Positions 1 through 13,518 of a stretch of 64,000 nucleotides of DNA are shown here, piece after piece. The translations under genes were made by a program, and so were the position numbers. This DNA comes from Diplonema japonicum (taxonomy: Eukaryota; Protista; Euglenozoa: Diplonemea): assembly GCA_964019335.1 (NCBI GenBank), contig OZ025723.1, forward strand, positions 402,626 through 466,625. The letters run 5' to 3'. Numbering within the stretch: the stretch's first letter is position 1; each line of letters begins with the position of its first letter. Under the pieces are notes generated by a model that saw only the letters and a list, made by a program, of their open reading frames with translations, made no database searches and was not told the origin of the DNA.

Positions 1-70
1 GTTCTTTTTAGATTCATTCCTTTTAATACGTACTTCCTCAACACAAAGCATTACAGGGTGGCGTACTAGT

Positions 71-3000
71 ATGTCACTGCTCGCATCAGGGATGCAGAGT
101 AGGTGGGGCAGGCTGTTGGAAAAGAAGAAATGTAAGCAGCCATTGGAAGGAGCACCCGATAGAAAGGAAAAGAAGGCGGTAGTAACGAAGATCGTGGCGT
201 TGTCGTCGTCTGCAAGCAACGCTGTGTGTCCTGAGTGCAAAGAGGGCGCTCGGCGTTTGGCGGTGGACACACAAGAGGAGTTCAAGATGCATGTCTTCAA
301 GTGCAGGCTCAAACACGGAACTGACCCGCGTCTCCCAGTCGTTTCTCTCGTACCACGCCCTCCCGTGATCGAAAAGGTACAATGGAACAGCAGTTCAAGC
401 AGAACCCCAACACCAGTCAAGGTCCCAGTTCCTCCTGCTGCTCTGCGTCCTGTGTGCTGCCCTCCCATTTCGATTATGATGAAGCCCAAAGGACAGCAAA
501 GAGACATCACCCCATCCGAGATATGCACTAGGGCAAACATACTAGCCATGAAGCGGCTTATTAAGGCACACAAAGGCCCTTCAAACCTTGTTAGCATTCT
601 GAAAGCAGCACAGCAGGAGACAGAGCTAGATTTGAGCGACATCGAGATCACGCCTGACGATGCAACAGCATTGGCGGTGCTTCTCGCAGACCACCCTTCT
701 GCTACTGTGGTGGATCTCGGCACCCTCAAGCCGGAGACGAAGCGGTTCATCGCACCCTTGCTGCTGGATGTGCTGCAAAAGAACAAGAACGTGGTGCACA
801 TCAACCACACCTCCTCGTTCGACGACAGAAGCAACGCTGTGATTGAGGACCGCCTCGAGAAGTCGATCAACGCCAAGTCGCTGAGCATGCAACACGACGA
901 GGTCAACAGGCTCACGCAGCAGTACGAAGTGTGGGCTAGCATCAGGGAGTCCCACCAGCAGCAATTCTCAGAGTCAGAGGAGATCATCAGAAAGGAAATC
1001 ATGCATCTGCACAGCACAGAGCGTGCGAAGCTCAGGAATGTGTTCAAAACGAATCTCGCTATGCTAGTTAAGAGGAGGCATCGCGTTGAGGGGCTGCTCC
1101 TGAGGCAAGTGCAGAGGAACGATTTAATGCTGGATGAAGAGCACAGAAGGCGGGAGATACACGTGATCGAGATGGGCGGCTTGCTCTGGCTCGTCATCAA
1201 TCACGAGGTGCTCTCGAGGGCGTACTTATTAGAGGTGCAGATCTACTACAGGAGGCAGCTGAAGATAGCAGAGGAGAAAGGTTTCAAAGCAAGCAAAGTG
1301 AAGGAAAAAACAAGGTTCGAGAGGGAGAGGCAGACGCGAGCGAGAATGGAAGAGCAGGAGAGTTGCAGCCGAGAGAGTGCGGACGACTGTCAGTGGTTCG
1401 AGAGATGCAAGCTGTACAGCCACTCCGAAGCGGGAAGGTCACACATCTTGTACAAAGAGTCGCAGGCGCAGATGAGGTCCGAAATGATGACACTGTGCGT
1501 GTCTATGCGTTGTGGTATCGAGAAGGAGGAGGAAGCTTCTCGGCAGTGGATTTACGAGCGCAAGCAGAACTACTTGATTCTCAAAGAGCAGGAGCGAACC
1601 CGTGCCCGTGAGCTCGTGGCGATTGAAGAAGTGTCTGCCAGGGTTGATATCGGGGGTGACTTCGTGAAGCTGATGAACATCTTAGGCGAAGAGATGAAGT
1701 ACTCGCTCGAGTGGCTCGACGAATGCGTCACGCTTCAGAACATCGAGATGGAGAAGGACAGGCTCCTCAACCATATGCCCGAAATCGTCATGTCTTCCTG
1801 TCTGGAGTTCAACACAAAGCCTTTCATCTATTTTGTACACTCATACAGCGGGATGGAACCCCCTGTCTTCATCACTACCTCGGCAAAGCTCAGCATCTCT
1901 CTGTCCCCCACGTGGGAGGACAATTACATGGAAATCATTGCTTCTAGGAACAAACAGATCAAGGTGGAGCGCAACTCAAACAACATACTGCTGAAAACAA
2001 GGGCAAAGAACTCAAAGGTGTTGAAGGGCATCTTCATGGAAGGCGACGAAAAGGTTGCTGTGGAACCGCCCATGGGTTTAGTGAAGGGAACGAACAAAAA
2101 GAAAGCTATGAAGACACTGCAGGCAGCAGTGAAGATAGGAATGCGGTTGTCGGAGAGTCTGCCTGCGTGTGAGATTGCTGAAGAGAAGACAAAAATCAAA
2201 GGAGGCAGCCTTACGTTGCGCCTGCAGCCGTCGGATACAGACCCGCCTTGGTTAGAAGATACTGTGATGCTGTCGTGCATTACGAGCTGGGATATGGAGG
2301 TGGACGGGGTCTCCCACGAAGGACGCGATGAGGTGAAGCTGCCGGCATCATGTTGGGACACCAGCTACGACGATGAAAGGCTGCAGGAAATCCCTTCTGG
2401 TAAGGTGCTGAAGATCTACGTGCCAAACGGCACGGAAGCCACAACAGCAATGCTGACAAATATCATGCGTAGTTGCCGATTCCAGACACCAGGGCATGGC
2501 ATCACAGGGCCCGTTGTTATAAGGATCCTGTTGGAGTCAAACCTGGTGTTCTCAAACTGCGATGGAGGCACCGTGGAGAGCTCAGCGGAGCTGTTGTGCG
2601 ATGTTGTGCTTGCAGCGCCCTTCATCTCGTACAGCCATGCTGATTACGAAACCGTGCAGTATTTAGAAGGCATGAAATCCGACGAGCTTCAGCTTGTCCC
2701 TGAGTCCTTTATCCTGACCGACCCGCCCACTATCACAAAAAAGAAAGGTCAGGACAATTTCACTGTGATGAGCGGCGGCCTCCAAGGCGGCGGCCTCTCG
2801 CTCACAAACTTTCACGATTCGTACCTCATCTTCGAGATCACGAAGGACTACACCCCAGACGACGTCATCGCCTTCAGAAACACTGCAAAGCTCTTCGTCG
2901 AAGACGACACGATTCACTTCAAAGACAAAGATGGCGACAATACCATTGGAAGGGTCACAAAGGGTGTCTTACTTCCCTGTTCAGAAGTTGTTGAAGGGGT

Positions 3001-5723
3001 GTCCTGCCAACCGAAATGCGTGTTGCATCTGTTCCATGAATCGAACCCTGGTCTCCTTGCTGCTGAACATGTAAGACAGCTTATCAGAGCTTTTAGGTTC
3101 ACTAATACATCACTTGCACCAGTTGAAGGTGTGCGGCAGGTGATACTAACAGTGGTGGACATCAACAGGTTCAGCAGCCAGATACAAATAGACGTTGAGG
3201 TCACCGGCGAGGACAACCCGACTGAGATGCACATCCCTAACCTTAAACTCATTGTAAGACCTTCGCAGGTCCCCGCCTCGCTGAAGCAACACGTCACCCC
3301 CAGCATCTACCCGCTGGCAGAGGGCGCCATCGTGCAGGACGTCGACACTGACAGGTTCACCGGCGGGTCGCTCTTTGTTCAGCTTTTCAACACAACAAAA
3401 AGCGAGGGCATATCTTTATGTACCTCGGAGCATCTGCTGGCTAGCATCATCCACCAGCACAACTTGAAAAGCGAAGCAGAGACGGAAGGGGAGGCGACCT
3501 TGATCGGAAGGGGACGCACCATTTCGATGACGTCCTTGAAGAGTGCGGTTGCAAGTTCTGTAGCTGGGGGAACTGCAGAAGTTGCGGTGGAGGGGAAAAC
3601 GGTTTTCTACAAAGGAAGAGAGGTGGGTGTTATCGAGAAAGGGGAGGTGACGGCAGAGGGGCATCTCGACCACGTTGACGGCGTCACGGAGCTGCTGATC
3701 AGGTTCAACAACAATGGGCTAATGTCCATCAGTGGATGTCAGGCATTACTGCGGCGTGTCGCACTGTCGACCTACGGAGCAAAGCAGGGGCTGCGAAACA
3801 TTGAAGTGACACTAACCATAGGGCCTACTGTAAACGGAGAACCTGAGACTGACTGTGAAGTGGTGATCCCCGAGTTCGACGAAGAGAAAAGCTGTGTGCT
3901 GACCGAGAAGATCACTGTGCGGCACACATTGCCTATGCTTACCATCCCTGAGAAGTACACACTTGCCGAGTATCGAGAAGGTACAGGCCCCCAGCGTCTG
4001 GCGCCCTTTGACCTCATCCACGACAAGCCTGGCTTCATCGAGAATTACACAAATGGTTTCATTGCTGTAGAGATCATAGAGGGAGGGTGTGCAGATGACT
4101 CCCTGGCTCTGCGGGAGGACGAGACCATCAAGTTGGTGGAGTCGAAGAAGCGTGCGTACACGAGATTCAAAGAAATCCGAAAGGATAAAATCAAAGAAAA
4201 GGAGCAGAACGCAGAAGAACAGGAGTCGCTTCCCCAGGTGACACCGCCTCCGAAGGTGATTGAGAGATGTTTTTCGGATGAGAAGTTGTCGATATTGCAG
4301 TCGACTCGGATGTCAGAGCTGAAGGATAGGATGCGCGACCACGTGAAAGAAGAGGCAAAAGAGAGACGAGAAAGACGGGAAAGCTTAATCCAAGCAGCGC
4401 AGGCGGAAATGAAGAACCTAGTGAAGGACCTGTCGAAGGCAAAGGACAAGGACATGCTGGCAGATGTGATGTTTAGCGACAAGCAGGTGGGCGTGCTGAG
4501 GAAGGCGCCCAACGGGTTATTCATCACATTCAAAGGGGAAGGTACAGCACGGCGGCATGCACTGGCCGTGTTGAAGAACCTCACTTATGCGAACACTTCA
4601 TCGGACCCGACGTCGCTGAAAAAACTGATGAGAGTCACCATCTCCGACAGCCCTCCCTCGTACAGTCAGTGCGTGTACGAGCTACAGGTGATACCGGTAT
4701 GTGCCATTCAACGCGAAACATCACACGCTGCAGGTGGACGACGTGACTGAAATCACGTTGCGCACAACTAAGCTAAAGTACACATCACAGGGAAGCAGCT
4801 CAGTTCCATGCTACTTATGCCCCTATGGAACAGCTTGTCTTACGGATGCGGACACAGAGTATTTTGACGGGGGACATCTGACGCTCCAACTGTCTACCGG
4901 CGGCACAAAAGGAGACCAGCTTGGCTTCGTTCCTTTGAAGCTCACAGATCAGCTACGAAAAATCACACCCTCCACGACTTGTACAGGTGAAGTGTTTGAT
5001 CTGAAGGTCACTGAGGACAGGAAGGTGCTGGCAACTGTCGGGGACACCGAGTTGCACGTCGCCACACTGAGCTTCGAATCTGACAAGAACATATTGAAGA
5101 TACTCTTTGTGAAGCTTGACGAAGAGTGCGTGTCACTTGCAATGGCATCCTTCATGCTGAACTGCGTTACCTTCAGCAACATGCAGGACACCAGGAAGAC
5201 CTCTACACGGACGTATCAGGTGAAGATAGCAGACGGTGGCAATCCTGTGGAAGGAAAAGCGAAGATGACCGTTGAGGTGGCTCCTCCGCTGTGCTGCTTC
5301 CTGCCTTTTTCGTATCTAATGGAGGCGAAGTACGAGGCTGAGATGTGCTTCAATGAACTGGCAAAGACAAAACTTACCATTGTCGCTGACAAGCTCGACA
5401 AACCGTACATAACTGGGACAGCCTTGGTTGAGGTGGACCTTGGGGAGGAACACGAGCCGATGCTGACGATACCCTCACAGTACAGTGTGAAGGAGGGAGG
5501 GCTGTATAAGGACCAGATGTATTATAGCAAGCTGGTTGCAACACCCTCTGCAATTAAGATGACTTTCACGTGGGCCTCGAAGGTCACAGCAAAGACACTG
5601 CAGCAGTTGCTACGTTCGATAACCTTTTCCTGCACACCTCAAGAGGTGAAGACAGCACACATTACCACAACCATCACATCGGAAACGGCCAGCACTTCCT
5701 GCACTGCAGTCGTCAAGTTCTGA
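71..5723 (+). CDS. Giant protein: coiled-coil N-terminal half plus ~6 cadherin/adhesin-like beta-sandwich repeats
   Basis: ORFs 71..4750 and 4701..5723 join in frame across a 37-nt GTATG..CAG intron (4697-4733; LQVIP|VDDVTE). Recurrent motifs D(V/A)DT..F.GG.L and [VL]..L[IL]R.[IF].F.N (e.g. AEHVRQLIRAFRFTNTSLAP, ALAVLKNLTYANTSSDP, LQQLLRSITFS). Confidence 0.7.
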
Positions 5724-5865
5724 GTTCTGTTCACCTCAATTTCCTTTCTTTTTTTCCAAAAAGAAAAAAAAAAAAAAAGAGGATCCTACTTCGGTCCTTT
5801 CTGATCTGTACCAAGTTATCGCGCTTACACTGCTTTGTCATCACTGCTCACCTCAGCATAAGAAA

Positions 5866-6964
5866 ATGGGTAAGAAAGGAGGAGTCCTGCTCGACAATGG
5901 GAAGACGGCGAAGCATTTGTATGTCCGCAATAAATATAAGGCCATACCATTATGAACACACAGGAGCCCCTTAGAAGCTCAGAAACAGGCTTTGAAGAAA
6001 AAGAGAGTACAGCAGAATGAAGAAATCAGGAGGAAGAAGAAGTTCATCGAGGCGATCAAGAATGACCCGGAGAGCATAAGACGAAAAGTAGCCTCGCTTG
6101 AAAAACAGGCAAAATCAGGGACGCTTTCGTTTCGGCAGAGGTGTGTTCTTGTTAACAAAACAAACAACAAGCAGGAATGAGAAGAATGAGATGAAGGAAC
6201 TGCTCGCGGAGTACGAGCCGAAGTTCAAAAAGGAAGCTGCCCTTCAGGCAAAGGGGTCCATGCTGGTATCAATGCAGAGCGCTTTTAAGCATGAGATGGC
6301 TGTTGAGGGTGGGGCACCCGACGGTGTCACAATGCAAGGCGTGCTAGTGAACGATGAGGTCCTTGCACCTGTTGCGGCACCGCCTTCAGCGCCTGTTGCT
6401 GAAAACCCAACCACCGAGTACCTGCCTCAGGTAGGGGGCACGCCCTTCCCTGTTGAGTCTGTGGTGGAAGGCGATATTGTGTCAGCTGCCTCTAACGTGG
6501 ATATGTCCCTCCTCCAGAAGAAGAAGGCCGAGGAAGCAGAGGAGTCTGAAATGAAGTGGAACCCCAACCTCATGGCATCCCTTGTCCCCAGCTCCGTCCT
6601 CAGGAGGAAGACTACCACTGCGGTGCAGTCGAAGATCCGTGCGCAGCAGTCCGCCTCGCTTTCCTCGACCATGGCGCCCGTCGAACCTGCCAAACCTGCA
6701 CAGCCCGCACCACAACCGAAACCAAAACAAACCAACAACTTCCGCACTGTGAACCTCGTCCCTGACTATGACGATGAGGACGACGACGACGACGACCTCA
6801 GCCTAGACGAGCCCACCTACACACCCGCGGCGGCATCGTCTTCTATGTTTTTCAACTCGAGCGGTGCCCTGAGCACAGCTACCGCAGCCTCATCAAAGCC
6901 TGAGCCCCAGGCGCCGGCTGCAGACCTTGACGAGGAATACAAGAAGTTCCTGGCAGGAATGTAG
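5866..6964 (+). CDS. WBP11: WW-domain-binding protein 11 (Wbp11/Saf1 family) splicing factor
   Basis: Introns 5919-5963 and 6141-6174 give MGKKGG..LSPLEAQKQALKKKRVQQNEEIRRKKK..KNDPESI, matching the Wbp11 N-terminal domain. C-terminal DLDEEYKKFLAGM resembles the WBP11 end motif. Confidence 0.7.
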
Positions 6965-7006
6965 TTAATAGTTCAGATTGTAGCCACCCTAAGACCCACC
7001 CAAAGG

Positions 7007-7492
7007 ATGGGGGTTTCAAGATGGTTGGCCGGAGCGGTGGGATGTGGAGGGGCCGCTGCTGCTTATGACTACACCACGCAGCACAAGATGCGAAAGCTGC
7101 ACAGGCAGTGGGATCCGTACCTGGCGTGGGTAAGGTATGGGAACATGGTACGGAAGCCCTGTGCCCGCAGCATGGGTGTGGACGAGCTTTCGAAGCACGA
7201 CGGAAGGGATGGAGTGGTGTACTTCGCTGCGGGCGGGTGGGTGTATGATGTGTCATGCAGCGAGGCCTTCAAGAAGGTGTACCCCGGATGGGCAGGGCAA
7301 GACGCATCAATGTCGCTGTGCAGGCTGTCGATGAAAAAGCTCGACACCCGAACGGAGATGCTGGAGTGGGGGCGGCTGACGGCAACGGACAAGAAGGTGC
7401 TGACAGACTGGGTGGCGTACTTCGATCAGAAGTACCAGTGCGTGGGCACCTTGCGAGAATGGAACGACGCGACACAACAAAAAAAAGCCTAA
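7007..7492 (+). CDS. Cytochrome b5-like heme/steroid-binding (MAPR-type) protein
   Basis: ELSKHDG..VYFAAGGWVYDVS..Y..WAGQDAS..L.DW..YF..KY..VG motif series. Confidence 0.85.
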   Translation: MGVSRWLAGAVGCGGAAAAYDYTTQHKMRKLHRQWDPYLAWVRYGNMVRKPCARSMGVDELSKHDGRDGVVYFAAGGWVYDVSCSEAFKKVYPGWAGQDASMSLCRLSMKKLDTRTEMLEWGRLTATDKKVLTDWVAYFDQKYQCVGTLREWNDATQQKKA

Positions 7493-7547
7493 CAAAAAGA
7501 TATCTTTTTACCACCCCCTGTTCCCCATAAACACCCTACAGGTTGGG

Positions 7548-8015
7548 ATGCGGGTGCTATGGTGTCTGCTGCTGACGCAAGTAGGACATGCTCTGGGCGA
7601 AACGTGCATCAATGAGAACACGACCATAGTAGTACAGGAAGGGTGTGTGCACGGATGTTGCACAGGAGGGAAGTGTGGGACATATGCAGAATGCAACCTG
7701 CCGTATCTCTTCGCAGGGCTGGCGGCGGTGTTGGGGGTGTGCTGCTGTATCGCTGTAGCTTGCTTGTGCAACAGCAAGAGAAAGCCTGAAGATGAGATGC
7801 CAAGCCCGCAGGTGGGCTACGCATGCAGCCCTCGCTCATCCGTCGTTTTCAAGCCCCCGCAGCGTCAGATGCAATCCATCACCCCCCCTCCCCCTCCCAC
7901 TCTGCAACCTGTCCAGAGCGCAGACGTGCGTGACGTCCAGAGCGCAGCAGACGTGCACGTGGCTGTCGAGATCAGTGATGCCGACGAGCCGCTCCCACCT
8001 CATGCTCAAGATTAA
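7548..8015 (+). CDS. Small type I membrane protein with Cys-rich ectodomain
   Basis: Signal-peptide-like N-terminus, CVHGCCTGGKC, hydrophobic LFAGLAAVLGVCCCIAVACLC, Pro-rich tail. Confidence 0.6.
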   Translation: MRVLWCLLLTQVGHALGETCINENTTIVVQEGCVHGCCTGGKCGTYAECNLPYLFAGLAAVLGVCCCIAVACLCNSKRKPEDEMPSPQVGYACSPRSSVVFKPPQRQMQSITPPPPPTLQPVQSADVRDVQSAADVHVAVEISDADEPLPPHAQD

Positions 8016-9964
8016 GAATGATTTTATCTTTGTTACTCTCTTCTCTCTGTACTATCCCTCCCCTCCCCTAGATGTATCATAAGGTGGGCCTGACATGGGC
8101 TCTCCCTCTTCGGAAAAATAGTGAGGCGGAACTTTTTTTTTCTCCTTTGCACGGGCGAAAATATTCCCGCTTTTTTTTTTTAATTTTTTTAAAAATAGGG
8201 TTTCGTTATTGCACGAGAGTGTGATAATAAAGCCCCATACGACACGAAGAATTTAAAAAAAAAAAAAAAAAGGGAAATGCAAAAAAGAGCATTCGTGTTC
8301 TCGAAATCGAACTTGGTCGTCCGAAATGCCTATCAGCCATTTTTGTCGCAGATTAAATAGCAATTCAAAATGACGATGAAAAGGGTACAACACAAACGAA
8401 TTTTTCCTTACCACCAAGATGAGCCCATGATTCAAACTGCGAGTTTCCGATTTTTTTGTAACGAGAGTTAAAAACTGCGGCTCACTTGTCGGTAAAGAAA
8501 TGTCTATATTTTTTCTTTCTTTTCCTTTTTTTTTTTTTTTTTTGAACGTCATGTGAAACACAAAAATTGTATTTACTTGCATTTACTTATTTGCACACCT
8601 TTTTTGTTTTGAAACAAAGGGGGGTGGGGGCACACAGACTAAATGAACAGAGATCTTGAAACTCAGATAGAAATGTGCACTCCGATCTTTGCTGGGTTAT
8701 TAATGGGGCGTTTAAAGATAGAATATTCTTCCCCCCTCTTTCACTTACCTTAATTTCCCTCCCCGCCCCGTTTTTTTCCATGATCAATGGCTTGTCAAAA
8801 AAAGCGAGAAAAAAAAGAAGAAAAAAAAAAAACAATACAAAAAAAAAAACAACCATCCCTAACTCAGCTGGGTGCCTTTATGTGTCTGTCGTGTTGTGTT
8901 TATTGGCCTGAAAAAAAAGAGGGTGGTGTGTGTAGACGCATTGTGCTCACACACACACCCGATGGCAAAAAAAGAATTTGACTTGTTATGTCAAAAAAAA
9001 GGCAATATTCTCTTCACTAATACCCCTTATCATTTTTTTTTTTTGGTGGGCCGTAGCTAACATTTTGCCCTTCCCCCCCCCCCCCCCCCCATCATAGTGA
9101 ATTGTATTTTTTTTCTCCCTTCTCTCTTCTCTTCAACCCTCTAAGCCTAGTAGATCGTACCAAAAAAAAAAAGAAAAAAAACACACAACGCCCCCCTCCC
9201 CCCCTTCGTGCCATTACTGTTGTTTTTTTTTGATGATAAAAAACTTATAAAGAAAGAAGAAGCCCAACTTATTTATTTTTTCTTGGGGTGGGACACGCAC
9301 GTGTGTGTATTTTGTGTATCTTTTTTCGGGCAATTACTTAAGCGAGATGTTGACACGGTGGGGGACCCTTCGCCTATCCTGAATGAGTCTTCTTTCTTTT
9401 TTTCTTCTTTTTTTCTTCCCGCTTTTTTCCCCCCTTCTTGGTTGCTCCATTTAAGTAAAGAGCTCCACGGCATATTAGGTCTCCTTGATATAAGGTTATT
9501 TCCACTTCTTTTCACTTTTCACCCATTTTCCCTGTTACCGCCTTGTGCTTAACACGGGCCTGCGAGCATGTTGCAAGTCAAAAATTCTTCTCTTTTCCCC
9601 CGCGTGAACCCCCAAACGCTTTTTTTTTTTTTTTTTTTTTTTACTTCGTGAGCAAAAGCTCTTTTACAATTTTCTTTTCCCCCCCTCTCCTTTTCTTGGT
9701 TCCTTTCTCAGGGGTTTTTTTTTTTTTGCGTCGAGTTAGTTGCTATTCTGTTGCATGACTGGACACCGTGAACAGACCGATCATGTATGTGGTGTGCAAT
9801 GTTCTTTCCCGTCACACGTTCTGTTCGTGACTTCCTGTTCACAACATCCTCCTCGGCCGTCCTAGCCAAGCGTGTTGAGGAGGGATAAGTCGATTAAGAA
9901 CATAACAAAAACACAATCAGGACAAACAACCAAAGAAGAAGAAAAAGAAAAGAAACCGAACACC

Positions 9965-10732
9965 ATGCCTGGTAGGAAAGGGAATGCCTTGGGGCTGCTG
10001 CAGGGTGCACTGGTGGGGCACCACTCCGATTGGCAGTCTAAGCAGGAAGAGAAGATGCGGACCTTTGTCGACGGTGTGCTCATGAAAGGGCTGTTGGACC
10101 TGCACCACCCCATGATGTGGGGGCAGGCATCTGTGAAGTTCCTGACGACAGACGACAGGCAGCCGAAGTGGATGACGGAGGACGAGGCCATAGAGTCTCT
10201 GTATGCTACAGCAGAGAAGATCCTCGAGGCAAGGGGTGTAGACAGCTACTATCTTGACCATGGAAAGCGTGACTTTGCAGGAGGCAAGTCCTTTGTGTTC
10301 TTCAGGCTGTGCAACGACGCGCAGACTTCACTGAAGAACTGGCGTGCCGAAATGAAGGTCAAGACACGAGAGTACATCAACGACGCAGTGCAGTGCATGG
10401 TGGACTCTGCTGCCAACGGTGATGCTGACGTATGGGCAAAGCTCCCCTCCGGCAGGTTCTCGAACTATCTCATCAAAGACGAGGTGATGCCTGTCGGGCA
10501 CACCCGCGAACACTGCATCGGTGACATCAAAGCCATCATCTGTCACGTGCTCCACGAGGAGCACGACCTCTACGGCGTTGAGGTCCTCGAGCAAGGCACA
10601 CAAATGAGCGGAACTTGGTTCAAGCTCACCTACCACATTCCCCGCCCCGCAATTCCGACCTCCACATCTCTTCCCAGGGCCTCACGGTCTTCTCATACCC
10701 CCGTTCGTTCTTCACCTGGTCCTAGGAGGTGA
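9965..10732 (+). CDS. Hypothetical protein
   Basis: Coding-like GC/codon composition from ATG 9965 (MPGRKG) within ORF 9872..10732; no family recognised. Confidence 0.65.
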   Translation: MPGRKGNALGLLQGALVGHHSDWQSKQEEKMRTFVDGVLMKGLLDLHHPMMWGQASVKFLTTDDRQPKWMTEDEAIESLYATAEKILEARGVDSYYLDHGKRDFAGGKSFVFFRLCNDAQTSLKNWRAEMKVKTREYINDAVQCMVDSAANGDADVWAKLPSGRFSNYLIKDEVMPVGHTREHCIGDIKAIICHVLHEEHDLYGVEVLEQGTQMSGTWFKLTYHIPRPAIPTSTSLPRASRSSHTPVRSSPGPRR

Positions 10733-10836
10733 GTGTGACACAGTTTTGTTTTTGTAGTATTGTACTTGTTTTCTTTTTTTTCCTCCCCCTCCTGGTTCTT
10801 ATTTCAATCATACCCCAGAGACGAACGGAAGGCAAG

Positions 10837-13416
10837 ATGGTGACGTCGGGTGGGGGTGGGGGTGCACAAGTGCTCCCACCTACCCAACAGCTGCCACAGC
10901 ACTTGGACGAAGAGATTGCATGTCTGCGGACGGTCGTCCAGTGCTTGCTGCTGAGTCTGCGGTCTTTGAAGAATGAGGAGGCTGCGACGGACGACCAGCA
11001 GCTGTCCCTGCCCGACACCAGGGAATTTCTGAATCTTATTTCAAGCCTAGTGGAGTCAGACGTGAACCCGCACAGGCTCAAGGTACTGCTGTTGGACGAA
11101 AGCACCACACCCATCCACACGCTGCTGTCGTACGCGACTACCGACAGCAAGCTACTCCAGCCAGCTATTCAGAACAGAGACACATTCACAGAAGTGGGTT
11201 TCATCAACATACAGGTCCAATGCCTGCAGACATTGACACGGATTACCAGCACTTGCTGCAAGTGCAGCACCCCTCTAGATGCTTTGGAGTCCACGTTGTT
11301 CCAGCTCCTTACATCGACAGGTGTCGTGGATATTTTACTTAAGTTTCTTGCGAGCCAAGACTTCCACGAGTCACTGCGAACTGCCGCTGCGGAGTGTCTT
11401 TATGTGTTCATTTCTAAGATTGACGAGGCGAAGGAGGCAGTGGTGCGACTCCACGCAGTGCCCTTCTTCTTCGACGTTTTGTGGAAGGAGCCCACAAAGA
11501 TGGTAAGAAACTACTTGTGCGCGATGCTCAAGGTGGTGGCTGAGAAGTACAGCGAGCAGTTGCTGGACACAATGATGGTGGAGAAGGCGGTTGTAATGCT
11601 GCAGCACGAGGCGTCGAAGCACGTGGCAATCATGCTGCTAGACATCATCGCGATGGTGTTCAAGAAGTACAACACGTTCTACATCACGAGAATACACTCG
11701 AACCTAGACATCTTGACATCTTTGTGCAACCTGTGTGAGGCAGTGCTACACAAGAACCAGCAACCCGACATCGTGACAGCGATCACAAGGCTGGTGGAGA
11801 CCATCACCACGATAGAAGGCGACGACAGGGAGCACACGGAGTTCACAGCGCTGCTGTTGTCATCAGGCTGCTGGAAGGTCCTCATTGCAATGGACGTACA
11901 GAGAGCTGTTTCAAGTGAGTGGGACTCCGGCACCACGGAGTCAGCACTACACAAAATGCAGTGTCTTAAGACCATCATCCTGAACTGCACCACGAAGAAC
12001 CTCGTCGAGAGCGTTGCTTCACAGGTTACAAACTTCTTCCCTGCAGTTTCTGCTCTGCTCAACATACCACTCGATGAGGGACATACCCCCCAACTGGTGC
12101 AGGAGGTCACACTATGCCTCGGCCTTCTCATGATCAAGCATCCTGATGCCCGAAAGTATGATCTACACTGTTTTTTCTTTTTGTAACTAATGCCGCAGAT
12201 TCTTCAAATCCACCTTAGTGCAGTACACTTCGTGGGCCAAGGCCCTGCACGACAAAATGCACGACGTCCTAACGATGACAGACCCTTCCGTGTACGAGAA
12301 GATGTACATCGTGGACTGCAACATGTCGTATATTAACAACCCCGCTGTTGTGAATCCTGACTTTTCAGACATGGGCTCGGTATGTGTAGCGAATCATGAT
12401 GTACTCTCATCAAGGTGCTGCTTTGTGTCAGGGATCTTTTTGTTGAGCAGGGGAAAGGTGTCAAGAACGCGGAACAGTGCCTGTCGCCAATGACCTTTGC
12501 AAAGACACGGTGCTTTGAATCTCTAGACCAGCGTGTGGCCCTCACCACGGTGCAGAAGAAACAGAGACTCACTGCCGCCATGTTCAACTATGTAGTGACT
12601 GATGTGATGGGGGAAGGCTTCATGTCACCGGGACAACCCTCGCAATTGTCCCCCAGGAACGTGTCCCCAAGGCAGTCCCCACGGTCAAGGCAGGCTTCGC
12701 CTTATAGAAGTACGAGCCCTGTGAACAGGATTGCAGATGAGGTCGGGACAGACTTTAGGAAACCTGAGCTCAGTCAGATGAAGCAGCAGCATTCGCTGCC
12801 AAGTTACATGGTCCCGCCTAGCCATGTCCAGCCCTCTCAGCATCCTGTTGCTGAGTTACCCATTCACGCACCGGCGATGCACGCAGAAACAGCCCCATCA
12901 GGGCCATTCGTCCCTCACTACGAGCAAAGCCCTCCACATCAGCAGCCTCATGAGCAGCCAGCGTACCACCAGGAACAGGCCCCGTACCAGCAGGAGGCAC
13001 CATACCAGAAAGAGGCTCCATACCAGCAGGAGCAGCCATATCAGCAAGAACAACATGTGCAGTTTCAAATGCCACAGCCACCGCTACCACTACCACCACA
13101 ACAACAACAACAACAACAACAACAGACCCACGACCCTCTCAGTAATAGACCAGCGTGGCCACCATGGCCGCCTCCGACTGACTGGCAACCTCCCCCAGCC
13201 AACCCCACGCAGGCGCCCTTCACCCGTGAGACGACACCGTCATCTTTGCAGAGATCACGCACAATGTTCCAGCAACCCAACCATCAAGGTTGGACCCCTG
13301 GACAGCCTACAGGCTGGTCCCATCTTTCGCATGACCCACCCTCTAGGTCGTCCACACCTGCCTCCTCGACTCAGAGGAAGAGACAGAAAGCACCGCAGCA
13401 AAGGCGGTGGAGGTGA
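10837..13416 (+). CDS. ARM/HEAT-like helical repeat protein with Gln/Pro-rich tail
   Basis: Three ORFs join in frame via introns 12156-12198 and 12380-12414; Leu-rich helical repeats followed by PYQQE repeats and polyQ. Confidence 0.65.
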
Positions 13417-13518
13417 TGTATAGATTTAGATTAGACTTTCTTTTTTATTTCTTTTTGTTATTTTAGTTAACTTGCTATTTTGTGTTCTCATGGGCTGCTC
13501 CTCTTCAACCCGGCAGGA

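Noticed and set aside
8050-9760. Lys/Phe-rich ORFs here and in other spacers (40790-42300, 46850-47640, 53900-55060, 62960-63560)
   Set aside because: They are artefacts of poly(A)/poly(T) tracts; no TIRs or coding signal could be established.
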